This document shows positions 29,891 to 45,190 of a DNA stretch of 64,000 nt, in pieces. This DNA is from the human T2T-CHM13v2.0 reference genome, Homo sapiens. Under the pieces are notes generated by a model. That model did not search any database. It was given only the letters and a program-made list of their open reading frames with translations, and was not told the DNA's origin. Position 1 is the first letter of the stretch. The number at the start of each line of letters is the position of its first letter. The stretch is taken from NCBI RefSeq assembly GCF_009914755.1, contig NC_060945.1. One strand, 5' to 3'. A program made the position numbers and the translations under genes.

Positions 29891-30329
29891 CCCACATTTC
29901 TACTACTCTGACCAGAAGCTATTTCCCAGTAGAAAAGGGCAGGGAAGCCAGACCAGGTGAAGGTGTGCGAGTGAGAACTCAGTTTCTGGATTCCCAGCCT
30001 GGACAAAAAGGGACCGAGGAGAGAGGCTGGGAAGGCATATCTGGGGGGCAGGAAGCTGCACCCAGTGAACAGAGCCCACAGCTGCAGGGAGCACTGGGCT
30101 GGGGTCCCCGTTTATAGGCCTGAGCTGAGCATCTCCCTCTGAGAGCTGTAGTAAGTTGTTGGTGGTCTGCAGGGCTGCGAATGTAAGGTAATTTTAGTCA
30201 CTTAGCTATATTTATTGCTTTCCCAAATCCAAAAGAGCCTTGATCTTTTTCCTTAGAGCTGGAGCCTCCAGAACTACAAGTCTTTGACTCTGAGACAGGA
30301 TAGAAATGACGTTTCTGACTCTGGCTGTG

Positions 30330-30470
30330 TGTTAGTACCACACAAAAGTCCCAGAAATCCTGGTGGCCAGACCACAGCCCAGACCATGTAAATCAGAATC
30401 TTTGGGGGCGCCACCAGGCATTTGTATCTTGTGAAGCTCTTCAGGGTATTGTGTGCAGCCAAAGTCAAGG
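30330..30470. mobile_element. MER5-type fragment
   Basis: CCCAGACC..AAATCAGAATCT..CCAGGCATTTGTAT. Confidence 0.55.
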
Positions 30471-30739
30471 TCTGATTCTTTAGTGGTACATAGAGAGCAG
30501 ATCCTAGGACCCTACTGGGACATCCGGGGGCCCTGCCTTTTATAGGTTGCATGGTGGGAAGCAGAGATGGGGAAAACAAATCGTGTGGGTTGATTTGAAG
30601 CCTAATGAAAAAGAAATACTGATTTGGGTCTTATATGGTGTACCAAGTATTAGTTAAGACTGTTAAAATGTTTGTGATAAAATAAAGACACGTTTGGGGA
30701 GCATTTCTAACAAGAGCCCTACTCATGTCAACACTTGTA

Positions 30740-31026
30740 GGCTGGGTACATGGCTCACACCTATAATCCCAGCACTTTGGGAGGCAGAGATAAGATGAGG
30801 ATCGCTTGAGCGCAGGGATTCAAGAGCAGCCTTGAAAACATAGCAAGACCCCCTGTCTTTACAAAAAATAAAAATTAGCCAGGTGTGGTAGTGCCTATAG
30901 TCCCAGCTACTCAGGAGGCTGAGGCTGAAAGATTGCTTGAGCCCAGGAGTTCAAGGCTACAGTGAGCCATGATCGTGCCCCTGCATTCCAGACTGGGTGA
31001 CAGAATGAGACCCTGTCTCTAAAAAA
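30740..31026 (+). mobile_element. AluJ
   Basis: GCTTGAGCCCAGGAGTTCAAGGCTACAGTGAGC; partial TSD CACTTGT. Confidence 0.93.
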
Positions 31027-31654
31027 CCACTTGTGGATCCATGATTGTCTTCAGCCTTCATCCTGCTGCTTCCCATAAGCTGTGGGCAGTTCCCAACACT
31101 GCACAAGGATTTGGTGTTGATGGAACCAAGGATGATAATTCTGTCAACAGGCAGCACCCACGAAGGGAGAAGTCCCAACGAGGTTCAAAGCTGGATTGGC
31201 ACCTACCAAGTGACTCAATAGCATGATGCCTCCACTGCCTTCCTGTCCTCCCGTGTTCAGGGGTCATACTGTCTCCTGGCTTCTCTGTTCTGTGTGGTTA
31301 TTGGGAGATAAAATGATGAAAGTAATTTTCCAGAGAATGATGCTGTGAGCACACAGGTGTTTGCTGAATGAATGAATGAACAAATGTGTGAATGTAACTT
31401 GTGTTAGCGTTACCCTACACTGTCGTCTCTGCCCAGAGGTGACAACAGCAAAATAATTCAGTCCACAGGCTGTTCTTTTTTTTAGTGTAATTGTCAAAAA
31501 AAAGTCCAGCTAAAAAAATTCTATTTTGCTTGTATAAATAAACAGAAACCTTATACCCCTGAGCCAAGTGGAAAATTTTCTCAGTAAAAATTTGTAGGGA
31601 CAGAGAGTTTTTAAATTTATAAAGGAATTTAATAATTTTTCCAAAATTACTGAG

Positions 31655-31818
31655 AATTTCAAATGCCTCACCACAAAAAAATGATGAGTAAGTGAGGTGG
31701 TAGATATGTTAATTCTCTTGATTTAATCATTCCTCATTGTATACATATATCAAAACATTGCACTAGACTCCATAAATATATATTATTTTTGTCAATTACA
31801 AGTAATAATTAGAAAAAA
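31655..31818 (+). mobile_element. L1MA 3' terminus
   Basis: CTTGATTTAATCATTCC..TGTATACATATATCAAAACAT..TTGTCAATTA. Confidence 0.8.
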
Positions 31819-32159
31819 CGATAATTTCTTATGTACCCACCTGTGATATAACTATAAAGTCATTAATTTGGATTCTATTAATTTGGCATTTGCAGTAACA
31901 TATGCCTGTCCAACCAATTCTTCTCGGAAAAAAATGTTCACAGTAATTCTTTCCCTGATGGAGAGAATACTGAGTCCAAAGTTTAGAAGCTTAGGGTCCA
32001 ATCCCAGACAATTAATTAGCTACATGAGGTTGGAAAAGTCACAGCCTCTGTGAATCTCTTCTGTAAAACTCCAGTTTGTGAAGAGCATAAAGTTAATAAA
32101 AGGACTCCGTGAACTGTGAAGTGCTTTGTAATGTATTTAGAGTCTTTCATATAACCTAA

Positions 32160-32634
<475 letters not shown>

Positions 32635-32699
32635 AGGGACGGTGTTTTTAAAAATGTGTCTAATTATCAAAATTACCAAGAAGATATACACACTCACAG

Positions 32700-33030
32700 G
32701 TCTGTGTGTGTATGTCTAGGTGTGTATATATGCTGGTATGCATGTACACATCTATATGTGTATATACGTGTATGTATGTAAAGATATACAACATGGATAT
32801 ATAATATATACAATACACATATATTATACATGAGCATATTGCACATATTATACATGAGTGTATAATATATACAATACACATGTATATTATACATGACAAT
32901 AATGTATACATTATAGATATACATTATTACATTGTGCATATATTATGCATGAGTATATATGTATATATGCATGCATATATAATTATGTATATTATATGTA
33001 TATGCGTATGTGTGTATATCTATGTATCCC
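32700..33030. repeat. AT-rich degenerate (TA/TG/CA)n tract
   Basis: Directly visible. Confidence 0.85.
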
Positions 33031-33784
33031 TACCTCCTGATTCACTAGATTGTGGATGGGGCTCAGGAATCTGGGTCTTTAAAGTTCCACATGTGATTCT
33101 GATTACCAGCAGTTTAGGGGACCACCCTCCTCACTTTTTACTCCTGAAGAAACAGGCTCAGAGAGCTAGTGGCATGGCTAGGGTCAGCAGCCGGTTAGAG
33201 GAGAAGCTGGAAATGGAGCCCAGCCCTCCCAATCCTGGCTCAGAGCAGGTTATCATAAACCATGCTGCCCATTGTCCACACTAACCTACTCAGAACTGAG
33301 CTCTAAAATTCTTGTTTGGCAGCTAGTTAGCTAGTCAGACTAGATTCCTCTATCATTGTCCCACGTAACCCCTTAAGGGATCAGGCAGAGCAACTGCTGC
33401 CTGCAGAGGGCCGTGAGTCCTGCCAAGGTGGCCTCTGGAGCCCTGATGCATCACCTGTAGGCAGCATCCAAGTGCCCAGACCTCTGGGGCCTGCTCCGGG
33501 CTTCCTGGAGGCAGATGGGCATCATCGTAGCAGGTGTCTTTCTCCTTGGTGTATGAGCTTTCCACGGAGTTGTTATGTCTAAATCAGATTCCAACATTCA
33601 AGAGCCTGTCTTTGGGAAGGCAATGGAAGGTCTTAAGCAGAGGAATAATAACCAAATATACCTGACCCAGGTTGTCTGGTCCATCCTCAAGTGGGAAACC
33701 AAAATGGAGGCAGGGAGATCTGGGGTGGGGGGCGAGGGGGCTGTCTCAATGTCCTGGCAATACCCTGCTTCAATATCCTCTGTC

Positions 33785-34480
<696 letters not shown>

Positions 34481-35529
34481 GTCTAGGTGTTGGTGGAGAA
34501 AATGGATGGGTTCGGATGTATTTTGGAGTGAGAGCCAGTAGGACTTTAATTTTAATGCTGGCAGAACATAGACTATGCTGCAGGGTGGGACAGAGTCACT
34601 TGATCCCTAAGACAAGTCTAAGACTATGAGGGGCCATGGTCCACCACCGTCATAGCAGGTGTCTTTCTTCTTGGTGTATGAGCTTTCCAAGGAAGTGTTA
34701 TGTCTAAATCAGATTCCAACATTCAAGGGCCCAACTGTATATGCGAAGGCAATGGAAGGTCTTATGCAGAGGAATAACAACCAAATATACCTGACCCAGG
34801 TTGTCCGGTGCCAGGTGGAGGATGGACCACCTGGGAACCAGAATGGTGGTGATGAGGCCCCCAACATGGCCTAGAGCAGCCCTCCCCATGGTCCCCTCTG
34901 GGTTGAGTCTCGGGCTCCTCCCATGCCCCAGCTGAGCCCATAGGTCTCCTGTGTACCAGCAGCCTGTTGACCAGAATAAGCAGTGCCTGGCACAGGCCCT
35001 GGAGGCTTCATGTTATAGCCCATAAACAACGCCGTATTTATTGACGGATGACTATCATTGTCAAGTTTCCAGCCACCACCCCACCTTCCATAGGACCAGC
35101 AGGCTGGCTCCTGGCTGGCACCAAGAGTGAGCGGCTTGGGCATTTAATCAGGTTCAGGTAACAGGTAAGGACTGGTTCCCCAGCTAGGGAAAAACACAGT
35201 GAATATTTTGGATTGAGCCATGTGTGCCGCATCTTGCTGGAGCTTGCAGGCCCCTTGGAGGCTCTCAGACGGCTCTTAATTAATTGCTGGAGCCAAGTGG
35301 GGCAATCTTGTGAGCGCTGTTGCTTTTGCTCATCTGATCCAGCCATGCTCAGGGGAGGGTGAGGAGCTGGCCTTGGATTTAGGGGATGAATGGGGTGGGC
35401 TGGGATATGGGAGGAGCTCAGTGGCCTGGCCAAGATGGTTGGGACAAAGCTTGGAATAGCCAACCTGTTTGTCAAGCAAATGGACAGGCCCTTTCTTCCA
35501 GGCAGAGAAAGACCTTGCTTCAGCTCCCT

Positions 35530-35705
35530 GGCTTGGGGAGGAGAGACCCAGATTCGAATCCTAGCTCTACTACTAACTAACTCTGGGACCATGGGGCAAT
35601 TAGCTGCTTTAAGCTTCACTGTCTCATCTGTAAAATGCATGCAGTGATACTACCTCGAAGGATTGTGGTGGGAATCAAATGAGATGAGGGTAATGCCATG
35701 CACCA
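35530..35705 (+). mobile_element. MIR
   Basis: TTCGAATCCTAGCTCTAC..CTCATCTGTAAAATG. Confidence 0.7.
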
Positions 35706-36889
35706 TAGTCCCTGCAAGGCCACTGGGTCCCTGTAAGGCCACTGATCAGTGGGGCATGCCAACACTAGAGGCAGTGCTAACCCTAGGAGGCGGGGACAGC
35801 AGAAGAGATCTCAGGTGGGCCCATGTCCCTAAGGGGAGAACGAGCCCTGGGCACCAGGGACATCATGCAGTGAAGATGCTGGAGGTGGGAATGGGGTTGC
35901 AAGTGCCAGGGACCATCTCCTTAACTCCTCTGCACTCATGCATGCAGCTCCTGCAAGGCTTGGCAGAGCTCGGGCTGAAGAGGAAAGGCTCCTGCCTACC
36001 CAGCCATAGGTCCCCAGTGGATGCAAAGGGAACTTTTCCTTGGTCCTGGTCCTCAGTGGAACCCGTTTTGTTTCGATTGTCCCTGACCTGGCCTGTGCTC
36101 TCGCTGCACCATCCTGTGGAACACAGACACCTGGAGAGTCAGAGCTGGCTGGATCTTTGGAAGGGCACAGTCACAGCTGCACCCGCCACTCCTTCCCATC
36201 CCAGGCTCGATACTTCAGTAATCCTTGCTGCCTGAGCTTCCCTTATGGGTCCCAGGTCACACCTTCTTTCCTCCTATTCTGTTTGCTGAGATACCTTCTC
36301 TTCAAATCCTTCTCCTATAGAGAGGTTTCCATGAGCCGTGGGATGGGATGGGTGTGGCCCTCTTCTGGGATCCAGAGCTCCATGGAGAGCCCTCTGACTT
36401 GGTTCCTGACTCCTTCTGCAGACCTTGTCTCCATCTTGCTTCCCTCCTCCATCAGTCCTCTAGGCCTTGAGGACAGGCACTGAGTCTTACTGCAGTGTTG
36501 AGGCTCCAAGATGGCAGTGATCTCCCAATAAATATTTGCTAACCTCAGCTGATTTCTTTACTTTATGATGTAAGAATTGAAGCTACAAGAGGGTCTGTGA
36601 CCTGCCTAAAGTCATATGCAAATTAACCAGATCTTGGCTCCAGTAGTCTACTTTGACTCGAGTGCTGTTTCCCTTAAATCATGCAGCTTGTCAGGTCAGG
36701 TCAAGCATAGCCTGGATCTCACCACATTCTTACGGGATTGAAGGATGTAATATTAATGACTCAGTAGGCTTGGAATCAGCCAATCAGCAAGTGCTCCTTG
36801 AACCCCTTGATATGGAAGGTACAGGTAGAGAAGGTAGTAATTTTTCACAAGTCTCAAACTCAGCTATGTAGAAATATAGATTTGGTTTT

Positions 36890-37370
36890 CTTCCCTTATT
36901 TTTAATAGATTATACAATCATATTACATAAAAGCAAAACCAATACAAAAAAGCTACAACTTTTTACGTCTTATTTATATTTTCTTAGATTTTATGAATCT
37001 TTGAAAAATATAACCAAAGTGAATATATGTTCTTAATTTTCCCTTTTTGCATAAAGCCTATTGCATACACCATTTTGCACCTTGATTTCTTTGTTTCCTT
37101 TCCATACTTTTATGTAGAGAGCTTCTTTACTGTTTTATAGCTGTAGAATATTCCATTATTGATTTAACCTGCCTCCTATTGGGGGACAATTGGTTGTTTT
37201 CAATCTTTCCTTATTATAAACAAAACTGCAGTGAATAACCACAGCCGATAGGAAGGCTGATAGGAAAAATTTCCAGAAAAGCAATCACTAAGGTAGAGGG
37301 CAAATGCTTTTGTAAGTTTTATAGATGTTTTCAAATTTCCCTCTGCAAGGCTGTGATAATTTAGGCCTGC
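36890..37370 (-). mobile_element. L1ME fragment
   Basis: TTTTATAGCTGTAGAATATTCCATT; GGACAATTGGTTGTTTTCAATCTTT. Confidence 0.6.
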
Positions 37371-37879
37371 ATTGGCCCTGGTGAGAGTCAGCCTACCAGC
37401 CACAGCCCCACCAGCCACAGCCCCACCAGCAGTGTCAACTCAGTTTCCATTCAGAGTCCTCCTTCCACCTAGTGGTAGAAACAATCTTAATGAATTTAGG
37501 GTAAATGCATTCATATACACTGGATTTTTCTTGGATAGTTTAGGACTTAGCTCAGTGAGCTCAGGAGTTTCTGTCTTTCCTTTCTTCCCAGAAAAGCAGC
37601 TGCCTAAACCACAGCATCTGGTGTCAACATTCTCTGCCCTCTTTGGCTTTGGCCAAGATGCCTGTGGTCCCAACATGGCAGTCAGCACATGGCTGTCTGT
37701 GTTTTACTCTTCTCCTTCCTCCTCCTCCTCCTTCTTTTTCTTCATCTTTTGGATCGCAGGTACACAGAATTGGATTAATCATAAACTTTGGGTCATGCCA
37801 AACTCTCACCATGGCCCACTTCTATTTAGTTAATTATTTATAATAATGATTAAAATAATTAGTTATGTTATGAGATGCC

Positions 37880-38411
37880 TGTTGTTAAAGATGAACAAAG
37901 CCAGATACTAGCTAAAGTGGCGAGGACAGATTTTAATCAGGAATAACTATTGCAATGGGGAGAAGAGTTCAATGTGACTTGAACTTGGATTTGTACAGAG
38001 GTAACTGCACATTTTAAAGGGAGAATGAGGGAGCAGGCAGGGGCAAGTGGGGGCTCAGCAGAATCAGGAAAGTGAAAAATTACACAGAGTTCACCAGCAA
38101 AAATGTGACTAGGCCAGCTGTGTCTGCTGGCTGACAATTATCAAAGTTAGGATTCTCTCCTCCCATGGAGACTGGGAGGCAGAAGCCCTGTCCTCAGGTT
38201 TTGGCTGGAACAAACAGTAGATTTTTTTTGCTAGCCTTGAGTTTTCTCATGCAGGCACTTTGAGGAGGGTAGGGCCATCCTAGGGATGTGGCCTTGGGCT
38301 GTTAGAAAAGACATTAGCGTTTGCTCAAGTCTTTATTGCAAGGCTGAGGCCTAGTGGAGAGGAGGGCCCTGAGAAGGCTGGCTAAAGTTCCATCAGAGAG
38401 AGTCTTTGTCA
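37880..38411 (-). mobile_element. MER67-like ERV1 solo LTR
   Basis: Reverse complement begins TGACAAAGACTCTCTCTG..AACTTTAGCCAGCC..ACTAGGCCTC. Confidence 0.75.
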
Positions 38412-38749
38412 TGGAGACCCTACTGAGGTCTCCAGTCATCAGCCCCCACCTCTGATTCCTTCCTATCCTGACCGTGAGGTCCCAGGCACACCCCTCTCAG
38501 GGAGAGAGGACAAGTTCTGGTGCTCTCTGAGGCTCTCTGGTACTATCTTGGCCATCTCTTCTTAGCCCTGCTGCCTTTTCTACTCAACTGCTTTTGGGGG
38601 TGGGAGGTAGGGGAGCAATTCTTTGAGGGCCCAGGCTGGGGAAGGAGTGATAGGAATTGGTGTGCTGGCAAATGTCTCCCAATTGGCTCTGATAGCAAGG
38701 GGAGAGGTGTGCAGAAAGGCCTGAATCTATAGCACTTGCTGATTTCAGG

Positions 38750-38863
38750 GACATGAAAACTCCCATTAAGGTCAATTTCAGGCTACCAGCCTCAAGCAGT
38801 TCACAAAATTCCTGAAAATTTAACAATTGGCTGCCAGCATGGGCCAGCTCCAAGCTTACCTGT
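38750..38863 (-). mobile_element. MER63-like hAT fragment
   Basis: CACAAAATTCCTGAAAATTTTAACAATTGGCT..CCAGCTCCA. Confidence 0.65.
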
Positions 38864-39069
38864 GGGGAAAAACTTGTCTAGTCTCCAGGGAAAGGGTCAC
38901 GGTCATCTAGTTCTTGTGTGTGCTCTTTTCTACCAAGTGTCCTTGACCAGGGCTTGATATTCTTTGGGAGTTCAAAAACCTCCTCTTGCAAATTAAAAAC
39001 CTTGACCCTGATGTGACACCCAGAGGCCTGACTTGGAACACCAAAGGCATAACTTTTACTCTGATCTCT

Positions 39070-39435
<366 letters not shown>

Positions 39436-40718
39436 TGATCTCTGTATTCTTTGTAGCCCCTCTCAGTGGTTAGCATATACCACTGTAGCAATAAAGGAAG
39501 AGAGTTGTGGGGAGAATAAGGAAGTGTAGGGAAGAGAGTACCTCCACTCGAAAAGGAATTTTAATCTGCTTTGCTTCTGTTGTTTATGGGTGGCATATCA
39601 CTGATGCCCCATAAAGATTTGTAGAATTAATATGTATCTAAAAATCTTATCTTGCTACTCAAAGAAGTGGAAGCCATAGCTCTTGCCCTCATGGAGCTTA
39701 CAGTTGGTATACGATATAGAATGAATGATGTAATAAAAGGCAAGTGCCAAATTATGGCCCAGACAGTGAGTCTTGGTGATTGTCTGAAGGATGCAGAGGC
39801 TGCCATGGGCCAGCAGTGCTTTGTGGAGAAGATGGGAATTGTACTAAGCCTTGAAGGTTGCTGCTTCTGGAATAAGCTCAAGGACAACTAATTGAAAACA
39901 CATAATTCAGCTTTGACAGCATGTCATGGGTGTCTCACAGAAAGCCAACATAATTCTTCCTGCTTGGTCAAGAGACATATGTACAGTGTCACCAAGAAGC
40001 AAGCTTGATGGGTGAACTCCTAAGACGTTAGCTCCCCCAAGCGATTTATGGCCCAAGTTTGAGAACAGCCACATTGAATCATCAATCAGTGAGTAGTGAT
40101 GTGAGACCTGCAAGGTGTGTGAGGCTAACAGTCCCTATTCTCTAAGAGCTACCAGTCTGATCAGGAAGATCCTGACAGGCTCAGTGGACATATACATGAG
40201 CAACCCCAGAGAAATTCAGCTTGTCTGTTGTCTATCTCTGCATGGATCAGAGACTTACTTAGGGAAAGAAAATATGTGGGGAGATTATGATGAAGACCTC
40301 CCAAAATGTCCCGCATGGACATCCTAGCATCATATGGCCAGAACTCAGTCCACCACCTTCCGCCTCACAGATGCTCGAACTTTTGTGTTCTTCATCTCAG
40401 GACCTGATGACATCATCTACCTGCAAGTTGGAAATTTAGCAGTAGCCCTAGCTCACTGCATGGAATGTAATAGGCACTCAATCCATATTTCTTTTCACTC
40501 ACTTATTCATTTACTCATTCATTAATGTATTCACTAAACAAAGAACCTACTCTGTAGGGAGGTGGTATAGAATATGGGCCAAGAACATGCGTTCTGGAGA
40601 GAGATTACTTCAGTTGGAGTCATGGCTCTGCCACTTACTAGCTGTGCAATTATGAACAAGCTACTTTTCTAAGGCTCGGCTGCTCTATGTGTAATATGAA
40701 AATAATAATATATCTCTT

Positions 40719-40840
40719 GGCCAGGTGTGATTGCTCACATCTTCAATCACTGCATTTTGGGAGGCTGAGGTAGGCAGCTCTCTTGAGCCCAGGAGTTTGA
40801 GACCAGCTTGGGCAACATAGTGAGACCCTGTCTCTAAAAA
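40719..40840 (+). mobile_element. FLAM_C/left monomer inserted in a MIR
   Basis: TTGAGCCCAGGAGTTTGAGACCAGC..GGCAACATAGTGAGACCCTGTCTCT. Confidence 0.85.
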
Positions 40841-41759
40841 GAATATATGTATACACATATATACCCATACATATTGGTGACTGTCTGAAGGATGGAGAGG
40901 CTGCCATGTATGGGTATATATGTGTATATATGTGTGTCTATATATAGACATATATTGTTTTATATGTCTATAAATATTTTAAAGAGGTTATTTCAAAGAT
41001 CATTTAAATAAGATAATCCATGCCAAGTGCTTCATAAAGAGCCAAGCACAGGGTTAGCACTTAATAGGCTTGTCCTTTATGAGGATTGCCAGCAGCCACC
41101 ATTACTGTTACTGCTGTTGTCACTTAGCAGGAGTATGGCTAAATGCAGCCCTGCTCTTGCACCAGAGAAGTTCTGTTGTCTCTTTTCTGGGGGTGCATGT
41201 CACCCTTACCAAAAATGTGTGTGGCCCCTTTAATAAAATCATCTACTGGAAGTAGAAGCCACCAGGTAGACTTGAGTCTTGGGGAAACACAAAACAAAAC
41301 TGAGTCCCTCTAAATATCCCTTATAGATCCATGCATGGAGGGCCTCTATCTGGATCCTTCTCAATGCAGGGAATGGAGTCTCAATTCCTTACCTCAAATG
41401 CCCCTGTGACCCTGGGCTGCCCCAGTCCATGGCTGGGTTGACTTCAGTGGCTTTTGTGCCCCAGCCTCATTCCCAACAGCAGGATGCCAAAATATGATCC
41501 TGGATGCACTCTGGAAACATTTACCACTTGCCAAAGGGAAAGGACGGATTCTGGCCTGTGTCTGACTAATTAATGACCTTGAATGAGCCAGTTCACCCAT
41601 AGGTGCCTCTGCTGCATTAGATAAATTCAAGTGCCCCTCTATGCCTTATTCTATGATTATTTGAAGAGCTTTTGGGTTGACCTCCATGGGGCAGATGACT
41701 CACCTCCTAAATGAAGTTAGTGGCTGGGAGGAAGGGGTAAAACCGCCATAACTGAGCAC

Positions 41760-41990
41760 AAGTTACTTTCAGGCACTCTGCGGGGCATTTTTTTCCTCCA
41801 TGTCATCTGATTTACCCCTCATAATAACCCTATGAAAGGTATGTTATTAGTCCCATTTTGTGCATTGGGAAAGTGAGGTTTAGAACAATGAAGTACCATA
41901 TCCAAATTCATGGCAAGGTGTGGATTTTTTTTTTTTTTTTTGCCAACATTTGGTCTTACTGCAGTCTGTGTTCTATCCATCACCCTACGC
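41760..41990 (-). mobile_element. MIR
   Basis: CCTCATAATAACCCTATGA..CCCATTTT..GGAAAGTGAGG. Confidence 0.7.
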
Positions 41991-42758
41991 TGGATAATCT
42001 GGCTCTAAAAATCAGTGGGGGAAAATGGAGTCTATATAGCCATGTTCATGAATTTAACTGAAGTAGTTTAAATGAACTTTGCTAAATTGTAGTCCAAGGC
42101 AAATATATGGTCGATAGTTCAATAATTCTGGGTTTTTAAAATTTTTGGATGACTTGGTATTATGATAGTAGCTATGTAATCTTGAAAAAAATCACTGCAC
42201 TTACTAGTATTTCCATTTCCTCATATGTACAATGGAAACATGTACACCCTATGCTACCTCTGATGACTAAAGTGAAGAGTGAACAAGTAATGTACAAATG
42301 CACTTTTTGGATTGTAAATGCTATGCAACTTTGATTTAGTATATAACTTGGATTGTTAGATCTGGAATATCTAAACAACTACTTTTAGTTCCAATGTGTA
42401 AATCCATTTATAGAGGTTTTTGCATGAAAATATACAGAGAGACAGAAAAATACATAAATCATAACTAATGATGTAGCTTGATGGGTTATTCCAAAATGAA
42501 CACACTCCTGAGAACCTAACACCCATATGAGGGATAGAGTATTATCCAGACCCTAGAAGTTCTCTTAAGCCTCCTCCTAACCACTACCTGCTGCATCCTT
42601 TGTAGAGGTGATCACTATCCTGACCTCTACAACATAGATTAGTTTTGCCTATTTCTGAACTTTATATAAACAGAATCATACAGTATGTATTATTTTATGT
42701 TTTGCTTCTTAAACACGAAGGTAACAGTTGTGTTTTAAAAAAGAATGTTTGTGAGATA

Positions 42759-43010
42759 GCCGGGTGCAGTGGCTCACGCCTGTAATCCCAGCACTTTGGG
42801 TGGCTAAGTTGGGCAGATCACTTGAGGTCAGGAGTTCGAGACCAGTCTGGCCAACACGGCGAAACCCCATCTCTACTAAAAATATGAAACTTAGCCAGGC
42901 GTAGTGGTGCACACCCATAGTCCCAGCTACTCGGTAGGCTGAGGCAGGAGAATTGCTTGAACCCGGGAAGTGGAGGTTCCAGTGAGCCGAGATGGCACCA
43001 CATACACACA
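42759..43010 (+). mobile_element. AluS lacking its last ~35 nt and A-tail; 20-bp TSD
   Basis: AAAAGAATGTTTGTGAGATA / AAAAGAATGCTTCTGAGATA flanks. Confidence 0.92.
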
Positions 43011-43722
43011 AAAAGAATGCTTCTGAGATAGATCTTGCTGTTGCAGCAGTTTATTCTTAATAATTTTATTAACTTTAATTTTATTAATAAATTTATTAAT
43101 TTTGTTAATAAGTTTATTAATTTTCAGGACTATATAGTATCTTATTGCATAAATACACCATGATTTATGCTAGTCTATTATATTAATTGATTATTAAATG
43201 GCAAACCACTTTGAATTTCTGGAACAAACTCAACTTGGTCTGATATATTATTCTTTTGTAGATTGCAGAGTTCAGCTTGATAATACTCTGTTTAGGCTTT
43301 TTGCTGATGTGCTTATGGGAGAGATTGTTCTGTACTTTTTCCCTTCTTCTTTTGCAATGTTTGTTTTAGGTTTTGGTATTAATGTTATTTTGACTTCATA
43401 AAATGAAATGAAATGTTATTTCTTCTAAACTCTGAAGAAATTTATGTAAAATTGGTGTTATTAATTCCTTAAGTGTTTGAGAGAATTCAGCAAAGAAATA
43501 TCAGGGCTTGAAGTTTTCTTTACGGGGAGGTTTTAAATCATGGAACTAATTATTTTAATAATTAGTTATTAAATTATTATTTAATCTATTTAGAGAGTTT
43601 TTATTCTTCTGTCAGTTTGATATGTTGTGTTTTTCCGTGAATTTGTTCATTTTATCTAAATTTTCAATTAATTGGCATAGGGTTGCTTATAATATCTTAC
43701 ATCTATTTAATGTCTGTAGTGA

Positions 43723-44223
<501 letters not shown>

Positions 44224-44622
44224 CTTTTATCTACTTTCTTTGAGCTACAAATTTCCCTCCAGGCACTGCTTTAGCTACATTTTACAGTTTTGATGTATTT
44301 TCTAATTTATATTTATCAATATATAGCATATATAATTTATATTTATTGACTTGTATATCTCTATATAAATCTGTAATATATAATTTATATTACATATATT
44401 TATATCTAATATATGTATTTCTTTAAAGATTTCTGCATAAACCCATGATTTATTTATAAGTGTAGTGCCTAATTTCAAAATGTTTGGAAATGTTCTAATT
44501 CCCTTTTAGTTATTGATTTCCAATCCAACCCCACTGAGGTTAGAGAACATACCCAGTATGACTTTAATCTTTTGAAATTTGTTGGGACTTGCTTTGTAAA
44601 CCCGCATAGGGTCAATTTGTGG

Positions 44623-44895
44623 TAAATGTTCCATGCCATTTACTCTACAGTTGTTAGGTATAGTGCTGTATAGGTGTCAATTAGGTCAAGTTTATTATTT
44701 GCATATTAAAATACTCCATCTCCTTACTGTGATTGTGGATCTATTATTTATTTTTCCTTAAATGTTCCATGCCTTTTACTCTACAGTTGTTGGATATAGT
44801 GCTGTATAGGTATCAAATAGGTTAAGTTTATTATTTGCGTATTAAAATACTCCATCTCCTTACTGTGATTGTGGATCTTTTATTTATTTTTCCTT
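44623..44895 (+). repeat. Tandem duplication, period 136 bp
   Basis: TAAATGTTCCATGCC at 44623 and 44759. Confidence 0.93.
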
Positions 44896-45190
44896 ATTGT
44901 TCTGATAAATTTGTTTTCTATATTTTGGGTCTGTGTTGTTAATGGCATATCAGTTTAGGATTATTATATTTTCTGTGTACATTCACCCTTTTATAACAAA
45001 ATGTCATTATCATTATAAAATGTCCCTCTGTATCCAGTTATGCTTCTTGCCTTCAGGACTATTTTAGTATTGATGTGGCTACACACACTTTCTTTTGGTT
45101 AGTGTTTGCATGGTGTATATCTACTTCCATCCTTTTATTTTAAATCTTTATCATATTTAAGATTTGAGAAAGATCTTGAGAAAGGCAGTG

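Noticed and set aside
35038-36483. Longest ORFs (200, 190 and 147 aa)
   Set aside because: Partly MIR-derived, overlapping on both strands, no recognisable domain; consistent with chance ORFs in GC-richer DNA
37394-37430. 15-bp tandem duplication CCAGCCACAGCCCCA
   Set aside because: Ordinary slippage micro-duplication
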